19,937 bases of DNA from Vulcanimicrobiota bacterium. GTDB taxonomy: Bacteria > Vulcanimicrobiota > Vulcanimicrobiia > Vulcanimicrobiales > Vulcanimicrobiaceae. The translations under genes were made by a program, and so were the position numbers. Shown in pieces: positions 1-7,783 of the stretch (its first letter is position 1; the number at the start of each line of letters is the position of its first letter). The notes under the pieces were generated by a model. That model was not told where the DNA came from. It saw nothing but the letters and a program-made list of their open reading frames with translations, and searched no databases. The stretch lies in NCBI GenBank assembly GCA_003133025.1, contig PKZK01000052.1, positions 1-19,937 of the forward strand, read 5' to 3'.

Positions 1-1
1 G

Positions 2-847
2 CTCGAGGATGCGGCGATCTCGTACGTGCCGAGTTCGTCATTGCTATCCGTCGTGCGCGCGGCCTATGGGCGGCCGCCGGCGGGCCGCACGCCGCTTCTG
101 GCACTGGCAAATCCCGCCTACGGGTCGACGGACGCCGCGACGCCCGGACTTTCTCCGTATGCGGAACTGCAGATACGTGCGGCGCGGGCCGGAATGACGC
201 GGTCGGCCGAGTCCTGCTCGAATGCGCAAGGGTCGTTGGACGACTTCTTCGCGCTGCCCGGAACGCAGGTCGAGGCCGAAGCGGTTCGTAGCGATCTCGG
301 CGCGCCGGCCTCCAGCCTCGTCTCCGGTGAAGACGCAACGCGCGCGCGCGTGCTCGCCCTCGACGCGAGCGGCGAGCTCAAACGCGCGCGGTACCTGCTC
401 TTCGCGACGCATGCGGTGCTGCCGGGTTCCATTCAAGGCGTCACCCAGCCGTCGATCGTGCTGGCCCATCCCGAAAGCGGTGACGGCCTGCTGACGATGG
501 CCGACGTGTTGGGCCTCTCGCTCGACGCGGATTTCGTAGCGCTTTCGGCTTGCAACACGGGGGTGGAAACGGCCGACGCAGGCGGCGAGGGAATCAGCGG
601 CTTCACGCGCGCCTTTCTCTACGCGGGCACGCCCGCGATTTCGGTCACGTTGTGGGAAGTCAGCGATGATGCCGCGCCGCTGATAACGCCGCAGTTCTTT
701 ACGGGCATGGCCACCGCGAAGCTGAGCCCGGCCGAAGCTCTGCGCCGGGCCAAGCTCGCAATGCTCGAGTCTCCCGACGCGCATCTGCGCCATCCTTATG
801 CCTGGGGCCCGAGCGTCATCTTCGGCGACGGAGCGACCTCGCGCTAA
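2..847 (+). CDS. CHAT-domain (caspase-clan, HetF-like) protease, C-terminal part; 5'-truncated by the window edge
   Basis: The frame is open from base 2 (LEDAAISYVPS...), so the ORF-track start at 26 is internal. CHAT motifs: ANPAY, LPGTQVEAEAV, ATRARV, YLLFATHAV (His codon 410-412), DGLLTMADV, FVALSACNTG (Cys codon 551-553), RAFLYAG, SVTLWEVSD, ALRRAKL, HPYAWGPSVIFGD. Collinear with the C-terminus of 2948..7708. Confidence 0.92.
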   Translation, partial: LEDAAISYVPSSSLLSVVRAAYGRPPAGRTPLLALANPAYGSTDAATPGLSPYAELQIRAARAGMTRSAESCSNAQGSLDDFFALPGTQVEAEAVRSDLGAPASSLVSGEDATRARVLALDASGELKRARYLLFATHAVLPGSIQGVTQPSIVLAHPESGDGLLTMADVLGLSLDADFVALSACNTGVETADAGGEGISGFTRAFLYAGTPAISVTLWEVSDDAAPLITPQFFTGMATAKLSPAEALRRAKLAMLESPDAHLRHPYAWGPSVIFGDGATSR

Positions 848-944
848 GATTCCTCTTGCTTACGGGCGGTCACGCAGTTTTTTGGGCGCCGTCACACGTT
901 TGCGCGGCTCTTAGGTACGCGCCGCCGCGCTCCGATAGTGCGGT

Positions 945-2396
945 ATGGGTTCGCGCCTGATCCGACTCGTCGCACTGGGGTCCGCGTTCTTCGCCTGGAG
1001 CAGTAGCCCGGGCGCGGCGTCCCAAGCGGAGTTCGCGCACAAACTTCCCTTGGTGCCGACCGCGTCGAGCACGTGCATCGACCACTACCTGTTCACCAAT
1101 ACGGTCTTGCCGCAAAACGCCGGCGAGTTCGGAACGTACGGACTGAATGCGTCGTACTGGGGCTCGCCGCACTCGCGCACGGAGCAGCCCGTAGCGACGT
1201 GGCCCGGCTACCAAACCTCGTGGGGCGCTTTCCAGTACGACACGTATTTCGGAAACCCCAACGATGGAAGCGGCTTGACGCCGTTTTCGATCGCGCAAGA
1301 TACGGGCGCGCCCGGATCGCCGACGGCCTTACGCATCATCTCCGAGCCGATGCCGGCCTCGATGCAAGGGAATCCGGCGTATGCCACCGCCTGGACCGCG
1401 ACGAACGTCAGCTCGAGTTTCGTCACGCCCGCGGCCGGGAGTTCGATCACGATCGCCGTGAACGCCGCGAACGAGACGCACCAGGGCTGGACTTCGGGCA
1501 TCGGCCGGCCGGCGAACGTCGGTGGCGGCGGTGAGGACGATCCGCAGGGCGTGGCCTTCGCGGGAACGGTCACGGCGGGCGGCTGCACCGTCAACGGATC
1601 GGGTCAGTGCACGGGCGGATCGACGCAGATCACGCTCTCGAACGTGCGCTATTTCGAAGGCGGCCCGGGCGTGACGATTCCCGCGAATGCCGACTTTCAG
1701 GACTGGCAATTTCCCGACTATTATTCCGGCGTGCTCGACACCAACGTGAATCAGGAGTACGGCTACTTCGTCGCGCGCGTGCGCTTGCCGCAACCGTTGC
1801 CGGCCGTGAGTCCGGCGTGGTGGATGCTCGAGACCGGCGGCGTGGGACAGAACAACGGACAACTCTTACGCAGCGAGTGGGATGTCGAGGAGCAATTCGC
1901 CGCCGATTACGGCTACGATCTCAATGCCGGGAACATTCTCTGGAACAGCGGTGCCGGCGCGTGGCATTCGTACGGCTGTGGCTTGAACTGCCCCGCGCAG
2001 AACGGAGCGACGGGCCCCGGCGCGACCGGCGTCTATCCGTTCCCGCCTCGCGAACGGGAGAATTACAGCCAGGACTACCACGACTTCGGCGTGCTCGTGA
2101 TGCCCGGCGGGCCGCCGTTCCCGACGCAGTATCAGGGCAACTACGGCGTCTACGTCGAGCGCAACGAACGTTTCGCCGGCACCACGTTCTTTCTCGACGG
2201 GTGGCCGGTCGCGGGCCACACCGGCGAACCGGATCTGACCCAGGGTTCACCCGACAAGGAAATCATGCTGATGTTCCAAGTCGGCTTTCCCGGTTCGTGG
2301 CTCGATCCGAATTCGCTCGGCCGCAGCAACCCCTGGCCGCAATCGATGTGGATTCAGTGGATCAGGGCGTATGCGCCCACCACAACCCCCTGTTGA
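945..2396 (+). CDS. Secreted glycoside hydrolase family 16-like protein (beta-jelly-roll) with an internal insertion
   Basis: Signal peptide (MGSRLIRLVALGSAFFAWSSSPGAA). GH16-like motifs in the expected order: YYSGVLDT, EYGYFVARVRLP, SPAWWML, catalytic-type E-x-D-x-x-E (EWDVEE, 1875-1892), DYHDFGV, IMLMFQVG..GSW, and C-terminal PQSMWIQWIRAY. Confidence 0.72.
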   Translation: MGSRLIRLVALGSAFFAWSSSPGAASQAEFAHKLPLVPTASSTCIDHYLFTNTVLPQNAGEFGTYGLNASYWGSPHSRTEQPVATWPGYQTSWGAFQYDTYFGNPNDGSGLTPFSIAQDTGAPGSPTALRIISEPMPASMQGNPAYATAWTATNVSSSFVTPAAGSSITIAVNAANETHQGWTSGIGRPANVGGGGEDDPQGVAFAGTVTAGGCTVNGSGQCTGGSTQITLSNVRYFEGGPGVTIPANADFQDWQFPDYYSGVLDTNVNQEYGYFVARVRLPQPLPAVSPAWWMLETGGVGQNNGQLLRSEWDVEEQFAADYGYDLNAGNILWNSGAGAWHSYGCGLNCPAQNGATGPGATGVYPFPPRERENYSQDYHDFGVLVMPGGPPFPTQYQGNYGVYVERNERFAGTTFFLDGWPVAGHTGEPDLTQGSPDKEIMLMFQVGFPGSWLDPNSLGRSNPWPQSMWIQWIRAYAPTTTPC

Positions 2397-2795
2397 TCAG
2401 GCGCGGATTGCGGTAAACGTCCCCGACTGGCCGGGCGCGGCGGTGAACGTCCACGTCCCGCGGATCACGCCGTCGTTGCCCAGAACGCCGCGAAACGAGG
2501 CGGCGCCCGTCGCACCGATGGCATTCGTTCTGACCACGTGCCACGTGAAGGAAACCTCGCGGCCCGATACCACGCCGGACGCGCTGCCGGCGCCGTTCGG
2601 CCCTTTGCACGTGCCCGAGAGGGCGTTTCCGGATTGCGCGAATTTGCAGACGGGGCTGGCGTGCGCGCTGCTCATAGTGGCGCTCACGCTCCACGTTCCG
2701 GCGTAGCTCGCTGCGCTCGCGGCGACGGGCAGAAGGGCGAGCGCCGTAACGCCCGCGAGAGCCGCCTGCAGGCGGCGCTGAATCTGAAGAATCAT
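2397..2795 (-). CDS. Small secreted beta-strand-rich hypothetical protein (about 132 aa, possibly an avidin/lipocalin-like barrel)
   Basis: ATG at 2795 has GGGAGA upstream; the ORF track extends the frame to 2816. Signal peptide ending ASA-A. The mature part starts with YAGTWSV, has a Cys pair (VCKF...GTCKG), alternating beta strands and a terminal IRGTWTF...GTFTAIRA. Its stop abuts the stop of the GH16-like gene tail to tail. Confidence 0.7.
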   Translation of the reverse strand: MILQIQRRLQAALAGVTALALLPVAASAASYAGTWSVSATMSSAHASPVCKFAQSGNALSGTCKGPNGAGSASGVVSGREVSFTWHVVRTNAIGATGAASFRGVLGNDGVIRGTWTFTAAPGQSGTFTAIRA

Positions 2796-2947
2796 GACGG
2801 CATGTCTCCCCGGCAAGTAGAGATACCGATGCGCACCGATGCGATCGTGGGCCGGTCGTTCGCCGGAGCATATGGCGTCGCCCTGGGCTCCGGCGACGAG
2901 ACTGGGTTCCGAGGCGGCTCGCGAACGTTACCCGAAGCGATCGGCAC

Positions 2948-5900
2948 ATGCACGTTCCGGCGGCGATGACCTTGCTCGTCGCCCTGCTCTACGCCACGCC
3001 CGCGCTCGCGCAAACGCCCGCGCCCACCTCTACGTCTACGTCGAGCCCCGCGCCCGCGCCGGCTGCGACCTCCGGCGATCCGCTTGCGGCCGCTGGGGCG
3101 GCCTACGACCGGGGCGATTACGCCCGGGCCGTAACGCTCTGGCAATCGGCCCTGCCCGATCTCGAGAAGGCCAAGGACCGCCGCACCGACGGCGTGCTCG
3201 TGCACCTCGCGCTGGCGCTCGACGCGCTGGGCCGCTATTCCGAAGCGCTGGCCGCGCTGCAGCGATCGCTTGCGAACCAGCGCGCGGCCGGCAACGCGGT
3301 TTCGCAAGCCGTGGACCTCAGCGCGATCGGTATGATCGACCTCGACGCGGGACACGGCGATGAGGCGCTTGCGTCGTTGCGCGAAGCGCTGGCCATCGCG
3401 CGCACGCTGAAGAATCGTCAGATCGAGGTTGCCGACCTGAGCTCGATCGGTGCCGTGGAGAGCACGCTCGGGCACCATGCCGAAGCGCTCGCCGCGCAGC
3501 GCCAGGCGCTCGCGATCCACCACGACCTCGGAAACCGCGCCGCCGAAGCGAGCGATCTGCGCAGCATCGGCATCGCTGCAGACAAGCTCGGCAAGCATGC
3601 CGAGGCGCTCGACGCGCACCAGCGCGCGCTGGCCATCAATCGCAGCCTGCCCAACCGGTTCGAAGCCGCGCAGGATCTCACCAACGCGGGCGCAGTGCTC
3701 GCGGAATTGGGCCGCTCGGCCGAGGCGCTCGCGGCGCAGCAAGAAGCGCTCTCGATCTATCGCGATCTCAAAAACCGCACGGGTGAAGCCAACGAACTCG
3801 GCAACGTCGGCGAGACTCAGGAGAATTTGGGCCGTTACGACGACGCGCTCGCGTCGCTGCGCGCGGCGCTCGCGATCCAGACCGAATTAAAAAATCAGAA
3901 CGGCATCGCCGCCGATCTGACCGACATCGGCAACGTGGAAGATGACCTCGGCCGCGACGCCGACGCGCTCGCGAGCGAACGACAGGCGCTGGCGATGAAC
4001 CGCGCGATCGGCAACCGCCTCGGTGAGGCCGACGACCTGGGCAACATCGGCAACATCGACGAACGGCTCGGCCGCTACCGCGAGGCGCTCGATCTGCATT
4101 CGCAAGCCTTGGCACTGCAGCGCATCTTGAAGAACCCCGTTGGGGAAGCGGGCGAACTGCGCAACGCGGCCAACGCGCTCTATCGGCTCGGCCGCTTCGC
4201 CGAGGCACTCGCGGATTACCGGCAAGCCCTGGCGCTGCATCGCGCGCTGGGCAATCGCGCGGGCGAAGCCGGCGACCTCGGCAACATGGGCGTGTCGCAG
4301 GCCGAGACCGGCAATTACGTTCAAGCGCTCGCGTCGTACGAGCAGGCGCTGGCGATCGCCCGGGCGATCGCCGATCCGCTCGGCGAGGCCGACGACTTGG
4401 CCAACATCGGCAACGCGCTCTACCGGCTCGCGCGATATCCCCAAGCACTCCGGGCGCATCGGGACGCTCTGGCCATCTACCGGCGGATCCGCAACGCACT
4501 CGGGGAAGCCAACGAACTGGCCAACATCGGCAACGTTCAGAAGATTCTGGGCAGCCCGCAAGATGCGCTGGAAGCGTACCGTCAAGCTCTCGCAACGCAT
4601 CGCACGCTCGGAAGCCGCATCGGCGAAGCGGCCGATCTCGCCAACATCGGCGACGTGGACGAAGGTTTCGGCAGCTACCAAGACGCGCTCGCTTCGTATC
4701 GCCAAGCGCTGGAAATTCATCGCGCCGTGGGCAATCTGCTCGGCGAAGCCGGCGACCTGCGCGACATCGCGGGCGTCTTGAAGTTGCTCGATCGCTACGA
4801 CGAAGCGCTGGCCTCTGCGCGAGACGCATTGGCCATCGACCGCGATATCGGCAACCCGCTGGGTGAGTCGGCCGACCTCAGCGTCGAGGGTGCCGTCGAC
4901 GAACTGCTCGGGCGATACCCCGATGCGCTCGGCGTGCAGCAACAGGTGTTGGCGCTCAGCCGCCGGATCGGCGCGAAGGTCGGCGAAGCAGGCGCCTTGA
5001 GCGACATCGGTGAGATCGAGAAAGACCTCGCCGAGTATCCCAAAGCGCTCGCATCGTACGCGCAGGCGCTCGCGATTTGGCGCGCGATCGCGAACCCGCT
5101 GGGCGAAGCCGGCACGCTCGGCGACATCGGCAACGTCGAAGAAAATCTCGGCGATTATCGCGCCGCCATCGCGGCGCACGACCGGGCGCTCGCGCTCGAT
5201 CGGCGCCTCGGGAATCGCGCGGGCGAGGCCAACGAACTCGTCAACCGCGGCATCGTCGAGGGCGATCTCGGCCACTATGCCGCGGCACTCGCCGCCGAGC
5301 AGCGGGCGCTTGCGATCCATCGCGCGATCGGGGATAGGCGCGGCCAGGCCGACGATTTCGGCGATATCGGCAACGTCGACGAAAACCTGGGCCGCTACGA
5401 AGATGCGTTGACCGCCGAGCAGCAAGCCTTGGCACTCGATCGCGAGATCGGCAGCCTCGCCTCCGAGGCCGCCGATTTGAGCAACCTCGGAAACGTCGAG
5501 GGCAAGCTCGGGCGCGATGCGGACGCGTTGACCTTGCAACAACAGGCCCTCGCGATCGACCGCCGGATCGGCAACAGGCTCGGAGAGGCCGGGGATCTCG
5601 TGAACATCGGCCTCGTCGACGAGGACGAGACGCTTTACGCGGATGCGCTCGCCTCGTACCAAACCGCCGTGACGCTCTTCCAGCAATTGGGCAGCCGCCT
5701 CGGCGAGGCGAGCGCGCTGGATGATGCGGCTAATGCCGAGAGCAATCTCGGACGCTACGCCGACGCGCTCGCCGGGCATCGGCAGGCCTTGGCCATTCAT
5801 CGCGCGATCGGGAATAGACTCGGCGAGGCCGGCGATTTGAACAACATCGGCACGGTGCAAGAGCGACTGGGGCGCTATCGCGAGGCCGCTGCGATCGCGC

Positions 5901-7708
5901 GGGATGCGCTCGCGCTCGACGTGCGACTCGCCGCACCGGACGGCGAGTGGCACTCGCTTCGTCTGGAGGCCGGCGCCGATGCGAAGCTCGGCAATCGCGA
6001 GCGCGCGTTGGCCGAATACGACGCGGCGCTGGCGCGCATCGAAGCGCTGCGCGCGAACCTCGGCGCCGCGGAACGCGGCTCGTTCTTCGGCACCGCGCTC
6101 TTCGTGTACGACGAATACATCGCGTACTTGATCGCGCTCGACGGCAACCATCCGGGCCAAGGCTACGACCGCAAAGCGCTCGAGATTTTGGAACGCAAGA
6201 GCGCGCGGGTCGCGCTCGAGCAGATCGGACGAAGCGCCGCGCAGCATTTCCGCGGCGTCCCGGCGAGCGTGGTCGCGGCGGAAGAAGCGGCCGATGCCGA
6301 GGTCGAGCGCGCGCGGGCGGCCTTGACCAAAGCCCTCGACGCAACGGGCGGCGTTGCCGGTGCCGCCGCGGCGGCGCAGCACGATCTCTCGGCTGCCCAG
6401 GTGCGCGCTACGGCGTTGGACGCGGGCATCCGCACGCGCTATCCGGCCTACTTCGCGTTGCGTCATCCGCAACCGGTTGCGACCGCGATCTTTCAACGCT
6501 CCGTGCTGAAGCCGGGCGAACTCGCCTTGATCTACGACGTGCTTCCCGGCGGAAGCGTCGTGTGGCTGGTCGGCCGCGACGAGGTATCGCTCGTGCGACT
6601 GCCGCCCGGCGCGCAAATCGATGCCGCCGTCGACCGCCTGAGCGCGCACGTCGCGGGAATGTTGAGCTTGCTGAGTTCGGGCGCCCGGGCGACGAAGATC
6701 GAGAATGCAGCCTCCAACGATCTTCCGGGATTCTCGGCCGACGGCTACGCGCTCTTCCGCCTGCTGCTGCCGGGTCCGGCGGCCGCCAAGGTGGCGCGGG
6801 CGAAGAGCCTGATCGTCGTGCCCTCGGGCTCGCTCTATCGCGTGGCATTCGAGACCTTGGTCAGCCGAGATCCCGCCGCCGGCGGTGCGCCGCACTACCT
6901 CATCGAGGACGTACCGGTCTCGTACGTGCCCTCGATTTCGTTGCTCGCGGTGGTGCGCGGCGCGTATGCGAAGCCCGCGCACGGACGCAGTCCGCTCTTG
7001 GCCTTCGCCAATCCGGCGTTCGACGGCGACGCGCCGCCGGTCGCACCCACTGCCGCGACCGTCGCCGATCTGCAGGTTGCAGCCGCGCGCTCCGTGTTTG
7101 CGGGCGCGGTGTTCCCCCCGCTTCCTGGAACGCAGGCGGAGGCGGAAGCCGTTCGCGTCGCGCTCGCTGCGCCGCCGGCGAGCCTGATCACGGGCGATGC
7201 GGCCACCCGCGCGCGCGTGCTTTCACTCAACGGATCGAACGCGTTGCGGACGTACCGGTACGTTCTCTTCGCCACGCATGCCGTGTTGCCGAACCAAATC
7301 GCCGGCCTGGTGCAACCCGCAATCGTACTGGCGCATCCGGATTCGAGCGACGGCCTCCTGACGATGGCCGACGTCTTCGGACTCTCGTTCGATGCGGACT
7401 TCGTCACGCTTTCGGCCTGCAATACCGGCGTGCAAACGACGGATTCTAGCGGCGACGGCATCAGCGGCTTGACGCGTGCGTTCCTGTTTGCGGGCACGCC
7501 GGCGATTTCGGTGACGCTGTGGGAAGTCGACGACGCCGCCGCGCCGCAACTGACGCCGCAATTCTTCGCCGGCATGTCCGCGCGCGGGCTCGCGCCGGCC
7601 CAAGCCTTGCGCCGGGCGAAGCTCGCGCTCCTCGGTGCGCCGCAAGCGCGTTTTCGGCATCCCTACGCGTGGGGCCCGAGCGTGATCTTCGGCGACGGCG
7701 ACCGCTAG
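2948..7708 (+). CDS. Secreted TPR-CHAT protease, 1586 aa: signal peptide, Pro/Thr/Ser linker, about 25 TPR-like repeats, helical linker and CHAT domain
   Basis: Signal peptide MTLLVALLYATPALA-Q (alternative start ATG 2966). 40-aa repeats with consensus AxDLxNIGNVxxxLGRYxxALAxxxQALAIxRxIGNRLGE. Typical TPR-CHAT linker (ALEILERKSAR, YPAYFAL). CHAT motifs LIVVPSGSLYRVAFETL, YVLFATHAV (His 7277-7279), FVTLSACNTG (Cys 7418-7420), SVTLWEVDD, HPYAWGPSVIFGDG. Confidence 0.95.
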   Translation: MHVPAAMTLLVALLYATPALAQTPAPTSTSTSSPAPAPAATSGDPLAAAGAAYDRGDYARAVTLWQSALPDLEKAKDRRTDGVLVHLALALDALGRYSEALAALQRSLANQRAAGNAVSQAVDLSAIGMIDLDAGHGDEALASLREALAIARTLKNRQIEVADLSSIGAVESTLGHHAEALAAQRQALAIHHDLGNRAAEASDLRSIGIAADKLGKHAEALDAHQRALAINRSLPNRFEAAQDLTNAGAVLAELGRSAEALAAQQEALSIYRDLKNRTGEANELGNVGETQENLGRYDDALASLRAALAIQTELKNQNGIAADLTDIGNVEDDLGRDADALASERQALAMNRAIGNRLGEADDLGNIGNIDERLGRYREALDLHSQALALQRILKNPVGEAGELRNAANALYRLGRFAEALADYRQALALHRALGNRAGEAGDLGNMGVSQAETGNYVQALASYEQALAIARAIADPLGEADDLANIGNALYRLARYPQALRAHRDALAIYRRIRNALGEANELANIGNVQKILGSPQDALEAYRQALATHRTLGSRIGEAADLANIGDVDEGFGSYQDALASYRQALEIHRAVGNLLGEAGDLRDIAGVLKLLDRYDEALASARDALAIDRDIGNPLGESADLSVEGAVDELLGRYPDALGVQQQVLALSRRIGAKVGEAGALSDIGEIEKDLAEYPKALASYAQALAIWRAIANPLGEAGTLGDIGNVEENLGDYRAAIAAHDRALALDRRLGNRAGEANELVNRGIVEGDLGHYAAALAAEQRALAIHRAIGDRRGQADDFGDIGNVDENLGRYEDALTAEQQALALDREIGSLASEAADLSNLGNVEGKLGRDADALTLQQQALAIDRRIGNRLGEAGDLVNIGLVDEDETLYADALASYQTAVTLFQQLGSRLGEASALDDAANAESNLGRYADALAGHRQALAIHRAIGNRLGEAGDLNNIGTVQERLGRYREAAAIARDALALDVRLAAPDGEWHSLRLEAGADAKLGNRERALAEYDAALARIEALRANLGAAERGSFFGTALFVYDEYIAYLIALDGNHPGQGYDRKALEILERKSARVALEQIGRSAAQHFRGVPASVVAAEEAADAEVERARAALTKALDATGGVAGAAAAAQHDLSAAQVRATALDAGIRTRYPAYFALRHPQPVATAIFQRSVLKPGELALIYDVLPGGSVVWLVGRDEVSLVRLPPGAQIDAAVDRLSAHVAGMLSLLSSGARATKIENAASNDLPGFSADGYALFRLLLPGPAAAKVARAKSLIVVPSGSLYRVAFETLVSRDPAAGGAPHYLIEDVPVSYVPSISLLAVVRGAYAKPAHGRSPLLAFANPAFDGDAPPVAPTAATVADLQVAAARSVFAGAVFPPLPGTQAEAEAVRVALAAPPASLITGDAATRARVLSLNGSNALRTYRYVLFATHAVLPNQIAGLVQPAIVLAHPDSSDGLLTMADVFGLSFDADFVTLSACNTGVQTTDSSGDGISGLTRAFLFAGTPAISVTLWEVDDAAAPQLTPQFFAGMSARGLAPAQALRRAKLALLGAPQARFRHPYAWGPSVIFGDGDR
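3308..5947 (+). repeat. Intragenic tandem array of 22 degenerate 120-bp (40-aa) TPR-like repeats with no indels
   Basis: From AVDLSAIG (3308) to just before WHSLRLE (5948) is 2640 bp = 22 x 120. Recurring nucleotide words such as CTCGGCGAGGCC, AACATCGGCAAC and GCGCTCGC recur at 120-bp spacing. About two more divergent units precede the array and one follows it. Confidence 0.9.
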
Positions 7709-7783
7709 CACGAGTGTAGGAGGACGCACCTCGACCGCACGGGTAATCAGCCGCGACCGCTCCTAGACGTCCGGAGTTTTCCT

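Noticed and set aside
848..944. T-run at about 878-883 as a possible intrinsic terminator
   Set aside because: I could not find a convincing GC stem directly before the T tract.
3308..5947. Regularly spaced repeats that might suggest a CRISPR array or DNA-level repeat element
   Set aside because: The period is 120 bp, in frame, and degenerate at third codon positions, with no identical repeat plus unique spacer structure and no cas genes. It is a protein repeat.
3887..6982. 1031-aa minus-strand ORF
   Set aside because: It is the antisense shadow of the TPR-CHAT gene. Long stop-free antisense frames are expected with GC-rich codon usage, and the product is Arg-rich with no motifs.
7709..7783. 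TAGGAG...CTCCTA inverted repeat in the gap after the TPR-CHAT gene
   Set aside because: It is only 6 bp with a long spacer, which is too weak to call a regulatory RNA structure without covariation data.
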